Positions 37,512-45,755 of a DNA stretch of 64,000 bases are shown here, in pieces (positions within the stretch are counted from its first letter, which is position 1; every line of letters begins with the position of its first letter). The stretch lies in NCBI GenBank assembly GCA_964421635.1, contig CAYQWZ010000003.1:65712-129711 (forward strand). Direction: 5' to 3'. The notes beneath the pieces were generated by a model. The model was not told the origin of the DNA and ran no database searches. It worked only from the letters and a program-made list of their open reading frames with translations. Both the position numbers and the translations under genes were made by a program. Origin of the DNA: an uncultured Candidatus Saccharibacteria bacterium (GTDB lineage Bacteria; Patescibacteriota; UBA1384; CAILIB01; JAUSJZ01).

Positions 37512-38599
37512 AAATTTTTGATTGTACAGAAAAAGAGATTCAAAAATATAGTATAAAATATAAGGCACTTGGTTATGAATGGATTGATATAGTTGATGAG
37601 AATATTAGAGAGCTTGAAGAGATATATAAATATCAAGATGAAGCAATTATATTTAATCTGATAAAGAATAAAACCGTATTAGTCGATTATCCATGGTTGA
37701 GGAGTATAGTGAGGATTTGTCCAGAAGGGTATTTCCTCGAGTTACTTTCTTCAAGAAATAGGAATTTAATTAGCTCTAAAGAACAAAAGACACTTAGGAA
37801 GGCAAAGATCTCTGTTGCTGGTTTGAGTGTTGGAAGCAACATCTGTAAAATTATGGCAATGCAAGGTGTGGGAAGAGATTTTAATATTGCTGATTCAGAC
37901 ATCCTATCCTCAACTAATCTAAATAGAGTGAGCGAGAGTATTTTGAATGTTGGAAAGCCAAAGACACTATTAACCAAAAGAAGACTTTTAGAGATCAACC
38001 CTTTTTTAAATATAAATTTATTCAATAGAGGATTGACAATAAAGAATATCACGACATTCATCAGAGGAGCATCTGTTGTTTTTGATGAAATAGATAATTT
38101 AAATTTAAAACTTAAGTTAAGAGAGGCGGCAAAAAATGAGAGAAAACCACTTGTGATGATTACAGATAATGGTGATAACGTTATGGTGGATATTGAAAGG
38201 TATGATACAGACCCAAAACTGATACCTTTTCACGGCTTATTAAATAAGTTTGATCTTGATTTAATAAAAAAAGCAAAAAAGGGACTTAAACCAAGTGAAA
38301 GAGTTAAACTATCGTTGAAAATTGTGCAACCACAAAATGCAGTACCTAAAATGCAAAAATCACTTGTCGATGTTGGAAAAACATTAAACACATGGCCTCA
38401 ATTAGGGACTGCAGCGACACTTGCGGGTGCTGTTGGTTGTATGATTGCTAGAAAAATAATATTAAAAGAAGCACTTGTTTCTGGTAGGCGACACATCTCC
38501 TTAGACGCCGAACTTGAGCCAGGTCATAGAAAAGTAAGGTCAGTTCTGCGTAGACATATTCATACTATGAATTTCAAAAAGAGTTTAGGAAGAAAATGA
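37496..38599 (+). CDS. ThiF/MoeB/E1-like adenylyltransferase family protein with an N-terminal extension of about 100 aa.
   Basis: Rossmann motif ISVAGLSVGSNICKIMAMQGVGRDFNIADSDILSSTNLNRV (GxGxxG...D.D.V..SNLNRQ pattern). Confidence 0.6.
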   Translation: MDKEIKIFDCTEKEIQKYSIKYKALGYEWIDIVDENIRELEEIYKYQDEAIIFNLIKNKTVLVDYPWLRSIVRICPEGYFLELLSSRNRNLISSKEQKTLRKAKISVAGLSVGSNICKIMAMQGVGRDFNIADSDILSSTNLNRVSESILNVGKPKTLLTKRRLLEINPFLNINLFNRGLTIKNITTFIRGASVVFDEIDNLNLKLKLREAAKNERKPLVMITDNGDNVMVDIERYDTDPKLIPFHGLLNKFDLDLIKKAKKGLKPSERVKLSLKIVQPQNAVPKMQKSLVDVGKTLNTWPQLGTAATLAGAVGCMIARKIILKEALVSGRRHISLDAELEPGHRKVRSVLRRHIHTMNFKKSLGRK

Positions 38600-40890
38600 G
38601 TAGTGGTTTATTAATATTAATTATTGGAAGTCTTGCAAATTTAATGCTTGGTTGGTTAGTATTCAGAAATTCAAAAAGAAGATCTATTAAATTGCCTTTC
38701 TTCTTACTGACATTAGCTATTGTATTTTGGGCGATTGCAAATTATATATCAATAGTTGAAGTAAGACCTGAATCTATATTATTTTGGATGAGAACAGTAA
38801 TGAGTTTAGCGGTCTTTCAGTCGGTCTTTTTTTTGCTGTTTGCATTATCATTCCCAGAAGGGTTGCCAAAAAAATATTTTAAAATACTGTCCTATTATTA
38901 CATTCCGTTAGTGTTATTTGCAGTAATATTAACACAGACTAAATTTCTTTTTTCAGGTGTTAATATTGATGATATTACAAATCAAAGAAGTCCTATAATA
39001 CAGCCTGGTATGGTAGTATTTGTTGTTGTAGCAATAGGATCAATATTAGCTGGATTGATTAATCTTATTATCAAATATCGTAAGTTTATAGGTAGAAAAA
39101 GATTGTTAATTGGCTATCTTTTCATTGGGATCTTTATAATGTTCTTTTTATTAATTTTTAATAATTTAATTGTAGTTGTAATTTTTAAATATGATTCATA
39201 TGTTCAACTTGGTCCAATTTATACTTTGCCATTTGTATTAATTACTACCTACGCCATCCTTAAGCACCAGCTCTTCGACATTCGGGTTGTAATTCGGAAG
39301 ATTGTTGTTTACTCAGTTTTGTTGGCGGTGGTATTTGGAGTTTACTCGGGCGTTGTATCCTTATTAACTTCATATTTGCCAATCAACCAAACAATGGGTA
39401 GTCTGGTGGCTGCGCTGTTCATCGCCTTTGGCTTTGATCCTCTAAAAAAGAAGCTAACCGCCACCACTGAAAAATATCTGTTCGTCTCTGAATATAACGA
39501 CGACGAAGAAATCAAAAAACTAAGCTCAACTTTATCAAGTGTCATCGACCTAGACGAAGCACTCAGATCTTTAATGCAAAATGTTATGTCAGCCGTTAAA
39601 CTAGAGCGGGCAGCCACTTTGGTTTTATCGCGCAATGTTGAGCATCCTAATACCAAAGAAGTCGATGATCTACTCAATGAAGAACAGGGCAAAAAAGCCA
39701 AAGAAATTACAGTTAAAAGGATTCAAGAGGTCAATTTCAAAGCGCCCGACCGACTGCTAGGGCCAAGCATGCAGCCGGTAATTGAGTACTTCAACAAAAA
39801 GCCAACCATTCAGCTTTTGCAAACCATGATTCAAGAAGTTGAGGAATCGGAGCTAATTTACCAAAATCTAACCAAAAAAGTTTCCAAAGGACAGCATCTA
39901 GATTTAGCTGAGGGAGGGCGCGTTCTGGCCATTAAGAAAAAGGTGATAGAAGAACTTGAAAGGTTGAAAGTAGCAATTGTCATTCCAATTTTAGTGAAAG
40001 AGCAATTAGTAGGATTAGTCTTCTTCGGTGAAAAACTTTCAAATGACGCATTCTACGAACAGGATTTAAATTTCCTAGGTGTAGTCGGCTCGCAAACAGC
40101 GAACGCTATTGAAAAAGCTCGCTTCTACGAAGAGGACCAATTAAAGAGTGAATTTGTTTCTATTGCTTCGCACGAACTTCTAACTCCAACCGCCGCCATA
40201 GAAGGATACCTGAGCATGATTTTAGAAGAGAAGATGGCTAAGGTTGACCCTAAAGCAGAAGAATATTTATGGAAGGTCTTCAACTCTTCGAAGCGATTAT
40301 CTCGGTTAGTCAAAGATCTATTGTCTGTTTCGCGCATTGAAAGTGGACGCATTAAGGTTGAGTCAAAAGTATTTAATTTAGCAGAAGTTGTCAGCCAGCA
40401 AATGGATCAACTAATGATTAAAGCCAAAGAAGCCAACCTTTATTTGAAAGCCGATCTGCCTAAAATTCCAGCTAATGTTTTTGCCGATCCTGAGCGAGTT
40501 GCCCAAGCGGTCGTAAATTTGGTAGGCAACTCGCTGAAGTACACCAAAGAAGGCGGCGTCACAGTAAAAATTGCCCAAAAACCAAAATTCTACGAAGTGC
40601 AGGTAATAGATACGGGAATTGGTATTTCTCAAGAAGATCGTGAACATCTGTTTCAAAAATTTAGTCGCATCGATAACAAGCAAACGAGCGGTATTGCCGG
40701 CACCGGTCTTGGCTTGTACATTACCAAGTCAATGATAGAATTAATGGGAGGATCAATTTCAGTTCAATCAGAAGTTGGCAAAGGCTCAACCTTTGCGTTC
40801 ACAGTGCCTCGTCAAAATATCCGGAATGTTAAGCTTTCGGCTGGTCAGTCTGAATCCTTAAAAAATAAACAACCTCAAGTAAATAAATAA
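38596..40890 (+). CDS. Membrane sensor histidine kinase (multi-TM N-terminus, central GAF-like region, HisKA plus HATPase_c).
   Basis: H-box FVSIASHELLTPTAAIEGY, N-box VVNLVGNSLKYT, and G-boxes DTGIGI, GTGLGLYI. Confidence 0.8.
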   Translation: MSSGLLILIIGSLANLMLGWLVFRNSKRRSIKLPFFLLTLAIVFWAIANYISIVEVRPESILFWMRTVMSLAVFQSVFFLLFALSFPEGLPKKYFKILSYYYIPLVLFAVILTQTKFLFSGVNIDDITNQRSPIIQPGMVVFVVVAIGSILAGLINLIIKYRKFIGRKRLLIGYLFIGIFIMFFLLIFNNLIVVVIFKYDSYVQLGPIYTLPFVLITTYAILKHQLFDIRVVIRKIVVYSVLLAVVFGVYSGVVSLLTSYLPINQTMGSLVAALFIAFGFDPLKKKLTATTEKYLFVSEYNDDEEIKKLSSTLSSVIDLDEALRSLMQNVMSAVKLERAATLVLSRNVEHPNTKEVDDLLNEEQGKKAKEITVKRIQEVNFKAPDRLLGPSMQPVIEYFNKKPTIQLLQTMIQEVEESELIYQNLTKKVSKGQHLDLAEGGRVLAIKKKVIEELERLKVAIVIPILVKEQLVGLVFFGEKLSNDAFYEQDLNFLGVVGSQTANAIEKARFYEEDQLKSEFVSIASHELLTPTAAIEGYLSMILEEKMAKVDPKAEEYLWKVFNSSKRLSRLVKDLLSVSRIESGRIKVESKVFNLAEVVSQQMDQLMIKAKEANLYLKADLPKIPANVFADPERVAQAVVNLVGNSLKYTKEGGVTVKIAQKPKFYEVQVIDTGIGISQEDREHLFQKFSRIDNKQTSGIAGTGLGLYITKSMIELMGGSISVQSEVGKGSTFAFTVPRQNIRNVKLSAGQSESLKNKQPQVNK

Positions 40891-40892
40891 CA

Positions 40893-41381
40893 ATGGATGA
40901 AAACAAGCAAAGCATTTTGCTAGCCGAAGACGATGCGGTGTTGCAAGAGATGTATAAAGAGCGATTAACGGCCGAAGGATTTGCCGTAGATTTAGCCAAA
41001 GATGGTTTAGAAGCGTTAGATAAAATTCAAAACACCACCCCCAGTTTAATGATTTTAGATATTATGATGCCCAATTTAAATGGCATCGATGTATTGAAGA
41101 AAATTAAAGCCTCAGATAAAACTAAAAATATTCCTGTTATTGTGGCTACTGCGCTGGTGCAAGATATGACCGAAATAAAGAAGATGCTTGGCGCTAACGA
41201 TTCGTACTTAATTAAATCTGAAGTTATGTCCGGCGATGTAATTAAACTTGTTAAAGATAAACTCGGTGCCGCCGCCGCCAGCAATGGGGAAGCTCCCGTA
41301 GCTCCCGCCGAGCCAGCCGTTCCCGAACCACCAGTTGAACCTGCTGTGCCAAAAAATTCAACCGAACCCCCAGTTAATTGA
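40893..41381 (+). CDS. REC-only response regulator with a Pro/Ala-rich C-terminal tail.
   Basis: ILLAEDD...MILDIMMPNLNGIDVL...VIVATAL. Translationally adjacent to the upstream kinase. Confidence 0.8.
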   Translation: MDENKQSILLAEDDAVLQEMYKERLTAEGFAVDLAKDGLEALDKIQNTTPSLMILDIMMPNLNGIDVLKKIKASDKTKNIPVIVATALVQDMTEIKKMLGANDSYLIKSEVMSGDVIKLVKDKLGAAAASNGEAPVAPAEPAVPEPPVEPAVPKNSTEPPVN

Positions 41382-41383
41382 TA

Positions 41384-41836
41384 TTAATTCCAAGATACAT
41401 CTAGCTTATAGTCATCTATCACTGTTTTGCTGTCCATAATAATGACTTTAAATGGTGCAGTTTTAGTTTTTTCTAGGGGTGAACTTCCTGTGTCACCAGC
41501 ATATGTAAATTCTGTTCCTGTAACTGAACCCTTAGAATCGTAGAATGTTGCTGTAATCTGAACAAATGTTGCACTAGTATTGCCGTTATTCTCAACCTCA
41601 CCTACGATACTGCGCATACCATAGCCCTCATCTTTGAGTGTGTGGCTTTTTACTATGACTGAACCGGTTTTAGTATCAGATGTAGTAGAGTCAGCATTCT
41701 TTGAGGTTGAAGTACTACTTGAATTGCTACTTGAACCAGCTGACCCAAGCATTATTATTGCTATTATTACGATAATTATTCCGATACAACCACCAATGCC
41801 AAGTCCAATTCCTTTTTTAACACTATTTTCAGACAT
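41384..41836 (-). CDS. Membrane-anchored secreted protein with a Ser/Thr-rich linker and beta-sandwich (DUF4352-like) domain.
   Basis: N-terminal TM anchor, low-complexity linker, and a beta-rich C-terminal domain. Confidence 0.35.
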   Translation of the reverse strand: MSENSVKKGIGLGIGGCIGIIIVIIAIIMLGSAGSSSNSSSTSTSKNADSTTSDTKTGSVIVKSHTLKDEGYGMRSIVGEVENNGNTSATFVQITATFYDSKGSVTGTEFTYAGDTGSSPLEKTKTAPFKVIIMDSKTVIDDYKLDVSWN

Positions 41837-41888
41837 AAATAATAATTACTAATTTATTTGCATAATAGCATACAAGCTACACAACTGC

Positions 41889-42359
41889 TTAAAACCCCGT
41901 AATATTAGATATATCTTCCGGTAGATCAGGTAATTCATCTGAGTCACCAGGATCTTCAATTTCCGAAAGCGGGCCGCCCTGACTAGTACCCGTTACAGAT
42001 TCGCTATCTTCATCTTCAGAATCTTTAGAATTTTCGTCGTCCGTACTCTCCGCGTCTTCTTCAGTTGCTTCAGGTGGCGTGTAAGATGAGTAAAATGTAA
42101 AAGGATTATCACGAGTACCCGTAGCTTCATTCTTAAAATTAACCTCAGAGACGGCATCGTATCGCTGTCTGACATCATTTAGCGCCTGCTTGTCATAACT
42201 TGGTAGCTCAATATTTGGCTCTTTTAAATCTCCAAGCTTAACAATGGATTGAATCTTTAAAGCACCATAAATTATAAAAGCTAAACCAGCAAACAAAACT
42301 AAGGGCATAATGAGTTTGCCAATTTTTGCCAAATTGAGTTTAATCTTTGGTATCTTCAT
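41889..42359 (-). CDS. Membrane-anchored acidic protein, the last gene of the pilus assembly operon (function unknown).
   Basis: Single TM anchor and an acidic C-terminal tail. Overlaps the pilO-like gene. Confidence 0.35.
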   Translation of the reverse strand: MKIPKIKLNLAKIGKLIMPLVLFAGLAFIIYGALKIQSIVKLGDLKEPNIELPSYDKQALNDVRQRYDAVSEVNFKNEATGTRDNPFTFYSSYTPPEATEEDAESTDDENSKDSEDEDSESVTGTSQGGPLSEIEDPGDSDELPDLPEDISNITGF

Positions 42360-43017
42360 TCGATGTTTCTATAGGTATTTCTTTAGCCGGATTTTGATGG
42401 TAAGTCCAAAAAACTATACTAGCGGTTAGTGAATCGGAGGTTTCGCCATTGTTCGCTAGCTGCAATGACGATAAAATTGAGTACCTGTCTAAATTAGTTA
42501 TGTGGTCTAAAAAGGCAATTATATTAGGATATCCTCCAGAAAAAGAGATGCTATAAACTGTGGCGTGATATTTAGACAGCAGATCTTCCTCATAAGCTAC
42601 CTGACTGCTGGCCGGTTTATCTTCATCTTCTTTTTTGTCTTTATCATCATCTTTCTTTTTAGATATCTTTTTGGCGCGCACAGAGGTGCTCAGATTGCTA
42701 ATAGATATTCCGGTGTCGGCGGCGACTTGCTCGATAGCCGCTACCATTAAACCGGTGTCACTATCTTTTGGAATGGCTATGCTGATTTTATCTAAATCGG
42801 CTTTAATTGTTTGGTACTCTTTTTCAGCTTGCGACAAGAGCTCTTCTTTTTTATCGTTTTCGAGCAGCTTTAGTTGGGCATCGTCGCGTCTGTTGGCTGC
42901 ATCCTTCAATTTATTGAATTCAGGATTAACTAAAAACATATAGATGGCGGCGCCAATTAAAAAGGTACCGATAATCAGTATAAAAGTTTTGGTTGCGAGG
43001 AAGCTTTTAGAATTCAT
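42340..43017 (-). CDS. pilO: Type IV pilus assembly protein PilO-like.
   Basis: N-terminal TM plus coiled-coil. Positioned after pilM/pilN with overlapping stop/start. Confidence 0.55.
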   Translation of the reverse strand: MNSKSFLATKTFILIIGTFLIGAAIYMFLVNPEFNKLKDAANRRDDAQLKLLENDKKEELLSQAEKEYQTIKADLDKISIAIPKDSDTGLMVAAIEQVAADTGISISNLSTSVRAKKISKKKDDDKDKKEDEDKPASSQVAYEEDLLSKYHATVYSISFSGGYPNIIAFLDHITNLDRYSILSSLQLANNGETSDSLTASIVFWTYHQNPAKEIPIETSNEDTKD

Positions 43018-43592
43018 TATGGTGTTAAATCAAAGGTGGCTCTTAAGGAAAAGTTTTGGCCGCCTCCTGAGTCGCCAGGGACAGCGTTAATGGAATCAAT
43101 GACTACATCTGATACGCGTTGTTGTCGCTCTTCTTCTGCTGTTTGATAAAGCAGAGTCTCTCTAAATACTCCAACCGAGCGTCTGTTTTCGGCTAATCCG
43201 GAAATAGAAACAATGTACTTGCCCTGATCTTGCGAAGTGTTTAAGGTTACAATATGCACATTTGGTGGTAAGGATTTTTCAATGTAATTGAACATAGTGG
43301 CCCAGTCGCGATCGTTTTTAACAATGCCCGAAAATTCATTAATACTTTTGGCTAGCTCAGCTGCTTCGGTTGATATTTTATCGTACTTGGCTACCGCTTT
43401 ACTCAGCTGCTGGCTTTCGGTGATTAATTCTCCCGTCTTTTTTTCAATACTTTTTCGCTGATATAAAGCATAGCCCCAAACAGAGAGTAGTGATATAAGA
43501 ATGATAGCCAAAAAAAGTCTCGCTTTGGGCGCGTGCCGCTCGAACGCTAGTACATTTTTTCGATTTTTAGGCAGTAAGTTAATGCTATTCAT
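43017..43592 (-). CDS. pilN: Type IV pilus assembly protein PilN.
   Basis: N-terminal INLLP motif followed by a TM helix, which is the PilN hallmark. Confidence 0.7.
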   Translation of the reverse strand: MNSINLLPKNRKNVLAFERHAPKARLFLAIILISLLSVWGYALYQRKSIEKKTGELITESQQLSKAVAKYDKISTEAAELAKSINEFSGIVKNDRDWATMFNYIEKSLPPNVHIVTLNTSQDQGKYIVSISGLAENRRSVGVFRETLLYQTAEEERQQRVSDVVIDSINAVPGDSGGGQNFSLRATFDLTP

Positions 43593-44547
43593 TGATATTT
43601 CTTAAGCTGGCTCCTAAAGCTGACAAGTAACTGGTATCGCAGCTTTCGTGATCTTTACAGTTGACGGTGGGTTGGCCAATTTCGACAGTTTCATTTAAGT
43701 ACTCGGCTAAAATTGAATCTAGGTGCGGCACGCGCGCCCCTGAGCCAGAAATAAAAATCTTCTCCAACTTCTCAGTATTTTGATTACGATTTTTATAGAA
43801 GCGAATTGAGGCTTGTATGCGATCTGTTAGACTAGTCAACATAGTGTTAAAGGTCTGTTTTATTTCATCGGCGGTTAAGTTTAGCTCGTTTTTGGCCAAG
43901 AAAGCATCCCAAGCTTTATCTTGCAGTGCCACGGTGTTCATAACATGAATTAAATCATTATCGAAGACAGCAATAGCTGCGTGGGTTGAACCAATATCAA
44001 CTGTTACATAATTATTATGGTCAGCCTTGTGCAGGCGCCCCAAAGAAATTGAAGTAGTCTCAATAGCTTGCAAATTTAATCCGGTTTGGTCAGTAGAGGT
44101 CAAAATCCATTCAATAAAACGACGATTAGTAGCAAAGACCATCACTTCCATCTGCTTTTTCTCTTCATTAGTGCTCAAAATAAACAGATCAACATACATA
44201 TTTTCGGCCTTCAAAGGTAAATCAGGCTCCAGTTCATTAGGTGCAGCTTCTTTTGCATCAGCCAAAGACATTTGAGGCATAGTGAGAATTTTTGTGAAAA
44301 CACTTTCGTCTCCGACAGTAACAACGGTATTTTTAGTGTGAGCTGCTCGCGGTTTAGTTTTGCTCAAAGCGTGCGTTATGGCCTGTGATAATTCTTCAGA
44401 TTTTGTATCTTTACGCATTTCCGTAAAAGTGCGAGGCAAGGGAATGTGTCCAAAATTAGCTACCTTTCGGCCATTATCAACAGCTTCAATTATCCGAATG
44501 CTATGTTCGGTTAAATGGATTCCGAGTTGTCGATTTGGATTACTCAT
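43585..44547 (-). CDS. pilM: Type IV pilus assembly protein PilM (actin-like ATPase fold).
   Basis: Operon position, about 320 aa, and actin/FtsA-like glycine motifs (VDIGSTHAAIAVF). Confidence 0.8.
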   Translation of the reverse strand: MSNPNRQLGIHLTEHSIRIIEAVDNGRKVANFGHIPLPRTFTEMRKDTKSEELSQAITHALSKTKPRAAHTKNTVVTVGDESVFTKILTMPQMSLADAKEAAPNELEPDLPLKAENMYVDLFILSTNEEKKQMEVMVFATNRRFIEWILTSTDQTGLNLQAIETTSISLGRLHKADHNNYVTVDIGSTHAAIAVFDNDLIHVMNTVALQDKAWDAFLAKNELNLTADEIKQTFNTMLTSLTDRIQASIRFYKNRNQNTEKLEKIFISGSGARVPHLDSILAEYLNETVEIGQPTVNCKDHESCDTSYLSALGASLRNINE

Positions 44548-45755
44548 TAAAAAGCGTCAACTAAACCATACATTGGCTGTAATACGGAGACTAATAATAA
44601 GGCGATAGCGATACCCAACACAACCATTATTATAGGTTCTAGAGCGGCTGATAAATTACGGGTGGTGTTGTCAACTTCCTGTTCGTAGAAATTGGCAATC
44701 ACTTTGAAGGATTGATCAAGCGTGCCAGATTTTTCACCAACCTGAGTCAGCTGGGCTACCATATTGGGGAAATACTTACTTTCGCGCAACGCTGAGGCTA
44801 TAGGCATGCCATTTTCTACTTTCTTTTCAATATGTCCTAGCTCTTCCTCTATGGCGTCGTTACCGACTAGCTTTTTAGTAGTGGAGAAGATCTCCAAAAT
44901 TGGTAAGCCAGAAGATAACAACGAAGAAAAGCCGAGACTAAAACGGGCTAGATAGACATGCTTTAAAAGAGTGCCAAAAACTGGAACCCTCATCTTTATC
45001 TTATCCCAAAGTAGCTTGATTTTTTTGACTTTTAAGCCGAAGTGAAAAGCAATAAAACCAAAAATAATAAATAATATTAACCAGAGCCAATATTTAACAG
45101 TGAAGTCTGAAAGTTTAATTAACATTCTAGTGGACATCGGTAAATCTATACCGGCGTCATCGAAAACAGTTTTCAGTCTAGGAATTACAACAATCACAAT
45201 GACAGCAATAACTAACACCATTAAAATAGAGATTATCGCTGGATACATTAAGGCGGAGCGAACCTTGCCTTTAATTTCCGCATCCTTCTGCAGCTGTTTA
45301 GTTATGCGAGCTAAAATTTTATCTAAATTACCCGATTTTTCACCAGCTCGCACCATCTGTATATATACGGAGTCAAATGCTTTAGGATATTTAGATAGCG
45401 CCTCAGAAAGGGGAGCTCCTCCTTCAACCTCAGAAGCAAGGTCGTTAAGCATTTTAGAGATTGGCTTTTTGGTTGACTCAGAATTGATAGATTTTATTGC
45501 ATCTGACACAGACAAACCCGACTTGACCATGACGGCTAGCTGTTCAGTAAGAATTATCTTCTCTCTTAATTTGAGTTTAGTGCTTCCCTCGCCAAATAAG
45601 TCAGAATTAAAAAGTTTGCTGCCTTCTTCAACCGAAAAGATAATTAATTTTCTAGATCTTAATATTTTTCTGGCTTGACCAATTGATTTAGCGTCAATCT
45701 TACCTTTGATTGTCTGCCCATTATTGTCGCGTGCCCGATATTTATAAGTTGGCAT
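44547..45755 (-). CDS. pilC: Type IV pilus platform protein PilC (GspF family).
   Basis: Two T2SS-F domains and three TM helices. About 400 aa. Confidence 0.85.
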   Translation of the reverse strand: MPTYKYRARDNNGQTIKGKIDAKSIGQARKILRSRKLIIFSVEEGSKLFNSDLFGEGSTKLKLREKIILTEQLAVMVKSGLSVSDAIKSINSESTKKPISKMLNDLASEVEGGAPLSEALSKYPKAFDSVYIQMVRAGEKSGNLDKILARITKQLQKDAEIKGKVRSALMYPAIISILMVLVIAVIVIVVIPRLKTVFDDAGIDLPMSTRMLIKLSDFTVKYWLWLILFIIFGFIAFHFGLKVKKIKLLWDKIKMRVPVFGTLLKHVYLARFSLGFSSLLSSGLPILEIFSTTKKLVGNDAIEEELGHIEKKVENGMPIASALRESKYFPNMVAQLTQVGEKSGTLDQSFKVIANFYEQEVDNTTRNLSAALEPIIMVVLGIAIALLLVSVLQPMYGLVDAF

